Shown: piece by piece, positions 34,375 through 45,766 of the stretch
Layout: the number at the start of each line of letters is the position of its first letter
Numbering within the stretch: the stretch's first letter is position 1
Assembly: GCA_014905635.1 (NCBI GenBank)
Contig: CM026547.1
Location: forward strand, 3,534,001 to 3,598,000
Source of the DNA: Scenedesmus sp. PABB004
Taxonomy: Eukaryota
Direction of reading: 5' to 3'
Length of the DNA: 64,000 nucleotides
Made by a program: the position numbers and the translations under genes
Notes under the pieces: model-generated
Database searches by the model: none
Told to the model about the DNA's origin: nothing
Seen by the model: the letters and a program-made list of their open reading frames with translations, nothing else

Positions 34375-37300
34375 TCACAGCAAGCCGTTGTACTTGAGCA
34401 GCGGCGTCACGCTCGGCGCGCGGCCCCGGAAGTTCTTGAACACCTGCCCCGGCGGCACGGCGCCGCCCGACGACAGGAAGGTCGCGCGGAAGCGCCGCCC
34501 CAGCGCCGACTGGGCGCTGCTGGCGCCGGCCTCCAGGAAGGCGGTGAACGCGTCCGCCGCCATCACGTCGGCCCACATGTAGCTGCGCGGCGCGGCGCGG
34601 CGCGGCGGGCGGCGCCCGGCGGCGGTCGGCGGTCAGCGGTCGGCGGCGGGCCCGGGGCGGCAGCGCGGGCAGCGCGTGACGGCGCGCGGCGGCGCGGCAG
34701 CCGCGGCGGTCCGCGGCGGTGACCGCCGACCGCCGCCGCGCGCCGCGGCGGCGGCGCGCGCGCCTGTAGTAGGCTGCCGCGTAGCCGCCGGAGAAGATGT
34801 GCCCAAAGTTGTTGAGCTGCCTGTCGTTGGGGTTGTGCTTGTACGCCTGCGCGCGCGCACGGGGGTGGGGGCGCGCGCGCGCGCGGCGGCGGCGTCGGCG
34901 CGCGCCCCTCGCCGCGCTGTGCCAGGGCTGCGCGTCAGGGGCTGCGCGTCAGGCTGCGTGTCAGGGCTCACCCCTCCCCCCCTCCCACACACACACGCAC
35001 CATGAGCTTGTCGTACTGGGCCTGGTGCACCGCGTTGGGCGGCGTGGGGCCGGTGGGGTCGTACGTCGTGTGCAGCAGCAGGTCGGTGGTGCCGTACACG
35101 AGCTGGCCCGCCGTGTAGGTGCCTGGCGGGGCAGGGCGCGGCGCGGCGCGCGCGCGGGGCGGCAGCGGGCGGGCGGCCGGGCGTCGGCCAGCCAGCCGTG
35201 GCGGCGTCGTTTGCCGTGCGAGCGGCGGCGCTGTCATGATGCGCGTCGGCGCCCGGTCAGCGCCTAGTCGGCGCCGCACCCTTGCGGTAGGTCAGCGCGC
35301 CCTTCACGGCGTCAAATGTGCCCGGCGGCGCGGGCTTGCCCGTCTGCCAGTGCTTGGCAAAGCTGTCAAACGTGCCCTTGTCGTACACAAACTTTTCCTG
35401 CATCAGGCTCGGCACCTCCACCGCGTCCCACTCGATGCCCCTGGCGGTGGTGGTGGGTGCGCGGGCACGTGGGCGCGCGGCGCGCTGCGGGCACGGCGGC
35501 GTGCTGCGGGGCGGGCGCCGCGCCGCGCCGCGCCACGCCGCGCTGCGGCCCCGGCCGCACCGCATGCCGGAGAGCAGGCCCTCGGACGTGTTGGTCAGCA
35601 TGTGCTGCAGCGCGTGGCCAAACTGCGCGCGCGGCGCGGCGCGCGCGGCGGGCGATCAAGCGCGGCGTCGCGCGCCCCTCCCTGGGCCGGGGCCCCGCGC
35701 GCCCGCACCGCGCGCGGCGTGCGGCGGAAGGGAGGGGGCCCCCGCGCCGCCGCGCCGCCGCCGCACAGCGAGGCCCACCTCATGGAAGACGGTCTCCACC
35801 TCGTCCATTGTCATGAGGCTGGGCTTGCCGTCCGCGGGCGGGTCCTGGTTGGCCACCACGATCGCGAGCGGCAGCCGTCGCGGCGCGCCCGCGAGCCACG
35901 CGCGCGTCGACGCCTCGAGCGGCGCACTCCAGCGCACTGACGCGCTCGCGTTGTTGCGCGCGGCGCCGGGCGCCGCGCCGCCGCGCGCGCCCGCGCCCGC
36001 GCCCGCGGCGGCGGCGGCGGCGGCGGGGCTCGGGTCGAGGCGGTACGCCGCCGCCGCGCCAAAGGGCTGCACCCACGCGCCGCCCTCCTTCTGCCCGGGG
36101 CGGGCGAAGAGGTCGGTATAAAAGTAGGCGAGCGGCGTGTCGGGGGACGCCGCGTCAGAGACGGCGTAGACCTTGACGTCGGGGTGCCACACCGGCGGCG
36201 GCGACGCCACGGGGCGGATCTCGATGCCGTACAGCCGCCGCGCGAGCTGGCGGCGGCGGCGCGGCGGGCGCGGCGGCGTGGTGCGGCGGGCAGGTGAGAA
36301 GGGAGGGAGGGAGGGAGGGAGGGGGGACGGGGCGGGGTGACGGGGCGCCTGCGGGAGGGGCGACGCCGGGCGCGGCGCGCGGCGGCGGCCCGCGCGGGCG
36401 GGCGGCAGCGCCCCGCTGCGCGGCACTGCGCGGCGGGGGAGGGCACCTGGAAGAGCCCCGCCATGACGGAGTCGAGCGGGAGGTACTGGCGCAGCTCCTC
36501 CTGCTTCAGGCTGAACAGCGCCTCCTTGCGCCGCTCAGCCCAGTACGCGCGGTCCCACCAGAGCAGCTCCAGGCCCGCGTCGCCGGTCGCGTTGCGCGCA
36601 AACGCGGTCAGCACCGCGTCCTCGGCCACCGCCGCCGGCGCGACGCGCGGCCGATCTGCGACAGCAGCGACTCGGCCGCGGCGGGCGTGGCCATCTGCGC
36701 GCGCGCGCGCGCGGCGGGCGGCGGCGCGGCGGCGCGCGTGAGCCCCGGCGACGACCCACGACCCAGCCGCGCGGCGCCGCGCGCGCGCCGCCCGCGCCGC
36801 GCCTTGCTGGCGGCCGAGTAGGAGGCGTAGTCCTTGTAGCCCAGCAGGCGCGCCTGCTCGCGGCGCAGCGTCAGGATCTCGCGGATGATCGGCCCGTTGT
36901 CCGACGGCGGCGCCGACGCGATGCGCTGGTACGCCTCGTACACGGCGCGGCGCAGGGACCGGTCCTGCGCGTAGCCCATGATGGCGGAGTAGGTGCTGCC
37001 GTCGAGCGTGAACTTCCAGGGCCCCGCCGCGGTGGTCGCGTTGGCGCGCCCCGCCGCGGCGGCCTTTGCCGCGGCGACGGCGAGCGTGGACTGCTCGAGC
37101 CCCGCGACGCGGGCCTTGTCGGTGATGACCAGGTCAAAGGCCTTGATCGAGTCGAGGCCGTTGTTGCTAAAGTTGGTCGAGAGCTTGGTCAGGCGGTCGG
37201 CGATGGCGTTGAAGCGCGCGCGCGGCGCGGGCGCGAGGCCGACGCCGCTGTCGACAAAGCCCTGCAGCGTGATGTTGACGAGGCGGCGCTGCTCCTCCGA

Positions 37301-37996
37301 GAGGCCGCCCCAGAGGCGCGGCGTGTCGCGCAGCGCCTTGACCGCGGTGTACAGCGGCTTGCTCTGCCCCAGGCGCAGCCCAAACGCGACGCGCAGCGGC
37401 GACACCGCGTCGACCGCGTCGCGCAGCGGCCCCGAGTCCATCACACTCTGCGAGAGAGGGCGGGCGCGCGCGCGGGCGCGTGGGGGCGGCGTCGGTGGGT
37501 GCGCCCGTCACCCGCCCGCCGCTGCCTCCTGTGCGCGCAGCACAGCGCCTCGACCCGTCGGCGCGCCGCGCACCGCGAGGTGGTCGACCTGCCCCAGCAC
37601 CGCGTCCATGCGCAGCGACAGCTGCCGGTAGGGGCCGAACACCTCCTCGTAGCTCACGTTGCCGGCCGCCACGGCGCGGCTGAGGTCCTGCTCGAGCAGC
37701 TCCAGCGACGCCGCCTCCTGCTCGAGCATCGCCGTCACGCCGGGCACGACATGCTCGGGCTTGATCTTGTCCCAGGCCGGAAAGTCGCCGGTCGCGAGCA
37801 GCGGGTTGCCCGCGGCGGCGGCCGCGGGCCGCGGCGACGGCGCGGGCGCGGCAGCAGCGGCGGCGCAGGCCGCGGCCAGCAGCAGGCCTGCGGCGGCCGG
37901 TGGGCGCGCTTGAGGGGTTGCGACAGAGCAAATGCACGCGCCAGCACGCTCAGCGGCGCCCCTACCTAGCCACAGCGCGAGGAAAGAGCGCGGCAT
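34375..37996 (-). CDS. Oligopeptidase A, peptidase family M3A (multi-exon; apparent frameshift ~36637)
   Basis: NPLL..FPAWDKIKPEHVVP, ILTLRREQARLLGYKDYA, YFYTDLFARPGQKEGGAW, zinc motif VETVFHE-FGHALQH, EWDAVEVPSLMQE and FGHIFSGGYAAAYYS-YMWADV. Confidence 0.92.
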
Positions 37997-38368
37997 CGCG
38001 CGTTCTCTGCTGCTGCCACCAGCGCCGCTGCCGAGACGCAAGCAGCGCCGCCGCTCCTCCGGTCTTCAAATGCCGAGTTTGTGTGGCCTCGAGCGAGCGC
38101 GAAACGCGGTCAGGGCGCTCCGGCTGTCGCGAGTGTCGTTTGTTCGCCCCGGCGCGCCGTGCGGCCTCGGAGAGCTGCCGGCCCGCGCGACGGAGTTTTT
38201 GAGGGACCCGGCCAGGCCACGGGGAAACGCGCGCAGAAGCTGCTCGGTCAGTCACACCCGCCGGGCCGCCGCTCGCTGGCGGGCGGTGCAGCTTCCGCCG
38301 CAACCAACGGCGGCGGCGGAAGGCAGCTCGACGCTGAGCTCAATCACTCAACACTCAGCGCTCGCCGC

Positions 38369-39335
38369 TCAGCACGGCGGCGGCGCGAGGCTGGCCGCGA
38401 GGCCGACGACGCGGCGCACGAGCGCGTGCTGTGCCGCCAGCCTGGCCGCGCAGCCCGCCGCCGCGCCCTGCAGCTCCGCGACGGTCGCCGCCAGCTCCGT
38501 GACGGCCGCCTGCAGCTCGACGCGCTCCGCGAGCAGCGCATCCACCACCTGCTCCAGCGCCGCGCCGGCCGGCTGCGGCGCGCCGCACGCGCGGCCCGCC
38601 TCGTCGGCGCACGGCGGCGCGTCCTCAGCCGTCGTGCGCGGCGACACGCCCGACCCCCACGTCGCCAGGCCCGGCGCGCCGCTCGCGCTGCTCAGCACCG
38701 CGAGCCTGCTGCGCGCGCCGCCGCCGGCGTCCAGGACGCCGCCGCCGCCGCCCAGCTCGCCGGCCCCCGTTCCGCTCCGCGATCGGAACCAGCTGACCGC
38801 GCCCCAGCCGCCCCCGTCCTGCCCGCTCTCTCCCACTCTGTCGCGCGCTCCCGCTGCTGCCGCCCCGCCCTGCTGCCGGCGGCGCCCGCGTCCGCATCCA
38901 CCGCCGCCGGCTGGCTGCCCGCGGCGGCGCAGACAGCCCCGACCCCCAGCTCTGCAGCCGGCCCACCGGCAGCTGCAGGCCGGCGGCGCGCCCGCGGCCT
39001 GGCGCGCCGCCGCTCGCGGGCTCGCCCGGCGGGGCGCCGCCGCCGCCCGGCGCCGCGCCCTCCACGGTCGACTGCCGCCCCGAGCGCCGCCCGGGCCGGG
39101 GCATGCCCGCCGGCGTGTCGCGCGCGCTGGCCGCCGCCGCCGCGATGGCGCTGTCCGTGAGGGCCTGCAGCGCTGCAAGGCCCGCCACGAGCTCGGCAAA
39201 CGCGGGCGCGGCCGACGCCGCCTGCTCGCCGGAGCGTGGCGCGCGGGGCTGCCGCCGCCGCCGCCGCCGCCGCCGGACCAGCAGGCAGGCCAGGCCGCTC
39301 GCAGCTGCAGCGACCGCCGCAAGGCGCGCCGCCAT
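38369..39335 (-). CDS. Hypothetical protein (N-terminal hydrophobic anchor plus poly-Arg, C-terminal coiled coil)
   Basis: MAARLAAVAAAASGLACLLVRRRR... and, in another frame after a probable intron, LEQVVDALLAERVELQAAVTELAATVAELQ. Exon structure uncertain. Confidence 0.45.
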
Positions 39336-39801
39336 CGGCTGCCGGCCCAGCCGCGGCAGCGCTCAGCGCGGCCTGCTGCGCCGACCGCCGAGTTGGGCGC
39401 AGCCTGCCCCCCGGACGGCGCTCCAAAGGCAGAAGAGAGCCGGGCTGCGCCCCGCAGCCGGACACGCAGCGTCAGTTTCTGGCGCGGCGGCGGCGCGCTT
39501 TTGACCGGCGCGCATGCCCCGCGCAGCCAGGGGCAAGGCCGTCGTCGCTCCGCCAAAACGCACACCGGCTCGCGTGGGCAGCCGCGTGCGCCACGATTCT
39601 CCGCCAGTCTTGCTGCTGTTGCCGGCGCCGCGCCGCGCTCCCTGCGCTCCCTCCTGCCCGCCCCACGCGTCAGCTGCTTGCGGGCGGCCGCTCGTGCACA
39701 GGGCGGGCGCCGCTTTCGCCGCCACCCGAAGCGCCGCCGCTGTCGCCGCAAACGCCGCCGCGCGGCTGTCGGCGGCGAACGCGTCTGCTGCGCGGCAAAC
39801 G

Positions 39802-41324
39802 ATGGCCGGCGCGGGGCAGGAGTCGTCCGCCGCGGCAGCGAGCTACCTGGAGGTCTGCCAGGAGCTGCGCTGCGCGCCGCTGGAGCCGTTCCTCGCGTGC
39901 CTGCGCGGCGCGAGCTCGGTCTGCCGCGTTGCTGCGCTGGAGGAGGAGCAGCTCTTCGCCGTCGCGTCGCTGCTGCCCTTCGCCCAGCTGGAGGAGCTGG
40001 ACCTGTCGGGCCTGGCGCTGGTGCGCCGCGTGCCGCGCCCTGCCGCGCGCCGCGCGCCGCGCCCAGCCCCCCCCCCCCCCCCAGACGGCCACGCGCCGCC
40101 GCCGCCCGCAGCCGCTGGACAGCTGGTGCACGCTGCTGGAGGCAGTCAGCAAGTGCCAGCTGCAGGTCCTCAGCGTCAAGGGCTGCGGCCTAGGCGCGCT
40201 GGGTGAGCGCGAGCGGCGGCGGGCCTCGCCGGCGGCGGCGCCGGCGCCGGCGCCCGCAGCTGACGCCCCAGCGCCGCCGCCGCCGCGGCGCAGGCGAGGC
40301 GGCGCAGGAGAGGCTCGCGGCCTGCCTGGGCGCGGCGCGGGCGGTCGTGGCCGACCTGAGCCAGAACGGGCTGGGCGACGGCTTTGCGGCGGCGCTCGCG
40401 GCGCAGCCGCTCATCTCGCGCTGCGACTCGCTCACCGTGCTGGACCTCAGCGAGAACGCGATCGGCGACGACGGCGTCACCTCGCTCGCCGCGGCGCTGG
40501 CGGGCGCCGGTGCGCCGCGCCCCGCACAGCGCCGCACGGCGCGCTCGCTGCTCCCCCGCGGCGCGGCGCGACTGCCGCCCCCCCCCCGCGCGCCGCCCGC
40601 CGCCCGCCGCGCGCCCAGGCGCGGGCTGCGCGCTGAAGCAGCTCGACCTGAGCTTCAACGCGCTCACCGACGGCGGCGCGTGCGCGCTCGCGGCGCTGCT
40701 CGGCCGCGTGCCGCTGCTCGCGCTCGAGCTGGAGGGCAACGCCGTGGGCGACGGGGGCGCCCGCGCGATCGCGACGGCGCTGCCGGGCGCGCGCGCGCTG
40801 CACCGCATCAACCTTAACCACAACGCCCTCGGCGCGGCGGCGCTGCCGGCGCTCGCCGACGCGCTGCGCCACGGCGCGGCGCTGCAGGAGCTCGCGGTCG
40901 CGGGCGCCGGCGGCGCCGACGGTGCCGAAGGCGTCGCGGCGCTGCTGCGCGCGGCTGCGTGCAGCCGGCACCTGCAGCTGCTGGACGTGCGCGGCCTGCA
41001 GCTGGCAGGCGTTGCGGTCGAGGCGGCGTGCGAGCTGCTGGCCAGCGCCGCACCGCTCGTCACGTTGCGCCTGGACGTCGCCAGCCGGGAGGCGGCCGAG
41101 GCGCTCGCGGCGGCGCTGCCGCGCAACGCCGGCCTTCAACACCTCATGATGGGCGGGCCCGTGCCAGAGCATGTGCTCTCCTTTGTCGCGGCGAGCCTCA
41201 GCTCCAACACGCTCGCGCGCGCGATGCAGGCGCCGGGCGGCGACGCTCCGGAGGGCCCCGGCCGCCACGACGGCAGCCCCGCCAAGGCCTCGCCGGCGGC
41301 CGGGGTCGGCGGCGCGGGCAGCCG

Positions 41325-41389
<65 letters not shown>

Positions 41390-43718
41390 TGCTGTGGTCG
41401 CCCAACAGCCGGCCCGCGTCGGCGGGCACGCTGCGCAGCTCACAGGGCTCGCTGCGCGTGCGCACGCCCGGCGGCGCGCGCGGCTCGCCTGCGCGCCCGG
41501 CCAGCGCGGGGCTGATGCGCACGACCACGCAGCAGGCCCGCCAGCTCAGCGCTTATGACCCGGCCGGCATCGCGGGCCTCGCCGGCGGCGGCGCCGCCAA
41601 CAAGGCCGCCGCTGTGTTCCGTCGCCACGACAGCGATGCGAGGTGCGCGGCAGCGCGGTGGCGCGGCGCGCCCGCCCGAGCACAGCGCCTCGGCTCCGCC
41701 GACCCCTGACCCAGGCCCGCGCCGCCCCGCCTCACCCCGCCGCGCGCGCCTGCAGCGGCTTCCTGGACGCCGAGGAGATGATGTCCGCCCTGCTGGACCT
41801 CGGCATGCTCGAGGGCATGAAGGCCCGGCAGCTGGGTGAGCGTGCTCCGCTGCCGCGCGCGCGCGCGCGGCGGCGCGCGCGCGCTGCCGCCGCGCCGGCC
41901 CCGCCGCGCCGCCGGCGCCGGCCCGAGCGCCGCGCACGCCGCCGCGCCGCGGCGCCGCCGCAGGCAAGTTCCTGAGCAGCACCATCCGCGAGGCCGACGT
42001 CGACCGTGACGGGCGCGTGAGCCTCGAGGAGTTTGTCAAGTACTACCAGCGCCTCGCGCAGTGAGCAGCCCCGGCTCGCGGCCGCTGCACGCGGCCACGC
42101 CGCGCGCAGCGCGCGCCCCCGCGCCGCCCGCCGGCAGCGCGCGTGCGCGCCGCCCACCCGCCCCGCCCCGGCCCGCCCGCCCGGCCGGCCCGCGGCGCGC
42201 AGCTACTACGCCGAGGCGGCGCGGCAGGGGCGCATCGTGGCGCGGCGCCGCGCGCCGGTGGTGCCGCTCGACGCGGCGAGCGACGACGCGCTGAAGCGCG
42301 GCTTCAGGGCGTACTGCCGCCTGCGGCTGGGCCAGGGGCGCCAGGTCGGCGCGAGCGTGCAGCACATGAACGCGGCGCAGTTCAACGCGATGGCCCGCGA
42401 CGCCGGCCTGCTGGAGCCGCAGGGTGGGCCCGCGCGTGGGCAGCCGGTGCGGCCGCCGCGGGCGCGCGCGCGCCCCGGCCGAGCCCGCCCCGCCGCGCCG
42501 CGCGCAGGCCCGCTGTCCCAGTGCGCCGTGGACATCATCTTTGCGCGCAGCAAGCCCCCGGGCAGCCGGCGGCTGGCGCTGCCCGAGTTTCTGCAGGCCC
42601 TGGCCTCGCTCGCCGACGAGGCGGGCGTGGGCTTTGACGCCGTCGCCGCCGCGGTGCTGGCGGGCCCGGCCGCGCCCGACCGCTGCGCTAGCCCCGCGCT
42701 CGACGAGCGCGGCGGGGCGGGCGGCGGCGGCGAGCGCCGCGCAGGCGCGCTGCCGCGCATCGCAGACCTGCTCGACACGCGCGTCGGCCCCGCGCTGCCG
42801 GGGCGGCGCGGACCGCTGAGCGCGAGCGCGGACTGGGCCGCGCCCGGCGCGGCGGCGCCGTGGAGCGGCGGCGGCGGCGCCGGCTCGCCCGTGGCGGCGT
42901 TCAAGGCGGCGCGCCTGGCCGGCGCGCGCGCGCCCGTGCCGCCGGCCGCGCCGGCGCGGCAGCCCGGCGGCGAGAAGCCCGCGGCCGGCCGCGCCGGCGG
43001 GCGCGACGCGGCGGTGTCAAACCCGCTGTACGAGTGCGAGGGCGAGGCCGACGGCCGCGGCTCGCGGGGCGGCGGGAGCAAGGCCCTGGAGGCGCGGCTG
43101 GAGGCGCTGGAGGGCAAGCTGGTCGCTGGTGCGCGTGGCAGCGACGGCGGCAGCGGCGGCGGCGGCATCGGCGCCGGCCCCGCCATGCCCGGCGACGTGA
43201 TGTCGCGCCTGCTGCTGGCGGAGGCCGCGGTGGCGGAGCAGCAGGCGCAGCTGGCCGCTGTGGTCGGAGAGAACGAGGCGCTGCGGGCCGTGGTGCAGCG
43301 CCTGGTCGAGGGGCTGGAGGCGCCGCAGCGCGCGAGCGCCGCGGAGGGCGCGGCCGCGGATGCAGCGGAGCTGCGGCAGCAGGTGCGCGCGGGGGCGCTG
43401 GCAGTGCGGCCGCCGTGCGCAGCAGCCGGGGCGCCTCGCTCACACCGCCGCCGCCCGCCCCAGGTCGCGGCGCTCGCAGCCGAGGTGGCGCAGCTGCGCG
43501 TGGGCAGCAGCGACGGCGGCGCGGAGGCCGGCGGTGGCGCCGCGCTCGCCGAGCTGGCGCGCCGCCTGGAGGACCGCCAGGCGCGCGCCGAGACGGCGAT
43601 CTACCAGGTGGCCCGCCAGGTGGACGTGCTCGACGCGCGGCTGCGCGACGAGCAGGAGAGCTCGCTCAAGGCGCTCGAGGCGATCCTGGCCAACGCGGCG
43701 GTCCCGTGCGCCGACTGA
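39802..43718 (+). CDS. Multidomain protein: RI-like leucine-rich repeats, EF-hand pair, p25alpha/TPPP-like domain, coiled coil
   Basis: LTVLDLSENAIGDDGVTSLA, LKQLDLSFNALTDGGACALA; EF loops DSDA-SGFLDAEE and DVDRDGRVSLEEF; LKRGFRAYC...MNAAQFNAMARDAGLL...VDIIFARSKPPGSRRLALPEFLQALASLA. Confidence 0.8.
41326..41388 (+). repeat. (CAG)n coding microsatellite, ~21 Gln
   Basis: Read directly; in frame in the LRR protein. Confidence 0.9.
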
Positions 43719-43861
43719 CGGGCAGCGCCGCCCTGCACTGACTGACTGACCGACGTGTGCGTTGCGGTGGGGGTTGGGGAGCGATCGCGGCCCAGCAGCG
43801 GCGCTCGGGATGCCTGCGCCGCCGACGCGCGGCGGCGGCACCGGCCGGCGGTTGCCGCAGC

Positions 43862-44369
43862 AGCGGCGCGGCGTGCGTGCTGGGGCTGGGCGCGCTCGGG
43901 GCGTCGGCCGGGCGCGCTGAGTCGGTGAGGTCAAGTCGGCCGGGCGGCCGCGCGGCAAGTGGCTGCTCCCTCGCCCGCGCAGGCCCCAAACCGCATCGCC
44001 CGAACAGCTGCCGCCCTGGCCGCGCTGCTCCGGGGCGCACTGACGCCGCGGCGCAGCGCATCGGCGGGCCCGGATCCCTGACAGCTCGCACACCTCGCCA
44101 GCCGCCCGCCCGGCGCCCGCGCGCGCGCGGCAGCAGCAGCCGCCCCCGGCCCGCCAGCAGCACGCCGCAGCCCGGGGCGTAGAGCGGGCGTGGCGCGCCA
44201 TGACTGCGACGGCAGAGGTCAACGACCCGCCCGCCGCGGCGGCGGCGGACGGCGAGCAGGTGCGGCGGCGGCGCGGGCGAGCGCGCGGCGGGCGCCGCTG
44301 CTGCCGGCGCGCGGCCCGCCGGCGGCTGCGCTGACCGCGCCGTGCTGCGCCCCCGCAACGGCGATGCAG
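43862..44369 (+). repeat. Direct duplication, copy A (promoter/5'UTR, exon 1, intron 1 of ValRS); partner 52032-52512
   Basis: Core ~43955-44285 is near-identical to ~52123-52453; flanks are more diverged but alignable up to the intron acceptor. Confidence 0.95.
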
Positions 44370-45717
44370 GGTGGTGACTCCAAGGAGCTGGACCCGGAGA
44401 AGGCGGCCAAGAAGGCGCGCGACGGCCGGCGCGCTGGCTCGCATCGGCCGGCGGCTGCAGCGCGCGGCAGCGCCCCCGCGCCTGCGCGAGCTGGCGCCGC
44501 TGCCGCGCTGCCGCGCAGGCGGCCAAGCTGGCCGAGAAGGAGGCCAAGAAGGCCAAGGCCGCCGCAAAGGCCGCCGCCGCGGCGGCCGCCGCCGCGGCCA
44601 AGGCGGAGGCCGGCGGCGCTGGCAATGAGAAGAAGGCCAACAAGAAGGCAGAGGCGGAGGCCAAGAAGGTGGGGGTCGAGTGCGGCGGCGCGGCGGCGCT
44701 GCGGCGGCGGCCACCGCGCGCCATGGGGTGGCTGACCCCTGTCGGCCGCGGCCGCGCCGCGCGCAGGCGGCCGAGGCGGCCGAGGTGGCGCACATCCTGG
44801 AGGAGCTGCGGCGCGTGCCGGCGGGCGACAAGAAGCCGCTGGACGGCGAGATGCACAAGGCCTACCACCCGCAGATGGTCGAGGCGGCGTGGTACGACTG
44901 GTGAGCGCGGCGACACAGCAGCGCAGCGACGGGCCCAGGGACGGGCCCTGGCGGCGGCGGCGGCGGCGGCGGCGGCGTCCCGCGCGCGCCGCGCCGCGCC
45001 GCGCCGAGCGCCCGCGCCGGGCCGCGCGCCGCGCCGGCGGCGGGCAGGTGGGAGCGCTGCGGGTTCTTCAAGCCCGACCCCGACAGCACCAAGCCGCCCT
45101 TTGCCATCGTCATACCCCCGCCCAACGTCACCGGCGCGCTGCACATCGGCCACGCGCTGACCAACGCGGTGCAGGTGCGGGGCCGCACCGCGCCGCGCTG
45201 CGCCGCGCCGCGCCGGGCGCGCACGTCCGCGCGCTGGCCCCGCTGCGCGGCGCGCTGGCCTGCGGCGCGCCCCGCCGCCGACCGGCCCGCTGCCCGTGCG
45301 GCGGCGTGGCGCAGGACACGATCGTGCGCTGGCGGCGCATGAGCGGCTACAACGTGCTGTGGGTGCCCGGCACCGACCACGCGGGCATCGCCACGCAGGC
45401 GCGCGCGCACGCGCGGGGCGGGCAGGCGCAGGCGGCCCGGCGGCCAGGCCCCTCTCCTCGTGCGCGGCGCGGCGCCGCGGCCCGCGCCGCACATGCCGCC
45501 GCGGCCCGCGCCGCACATGCCGCCGCCCCGCCCGCCGCCGCGCGGCGCGCCGCGCGCCCGGCGCTGCCCCCCGCAGAGCGTGGTGGAGAAGAAGCTGGCC
45601 AAGGAGCGTGGCGTGACGCGCCACGACCTGGGTGCGCGGGGGCCAGCAAAGCAGCAGGGCTACGCCCGCCAGAGCGCCGCGGGGTGCCCCACGGGCGGCA
45701 GCATGCAAAACACGCTT

Positions 45718-45766
<49 letters not shown>

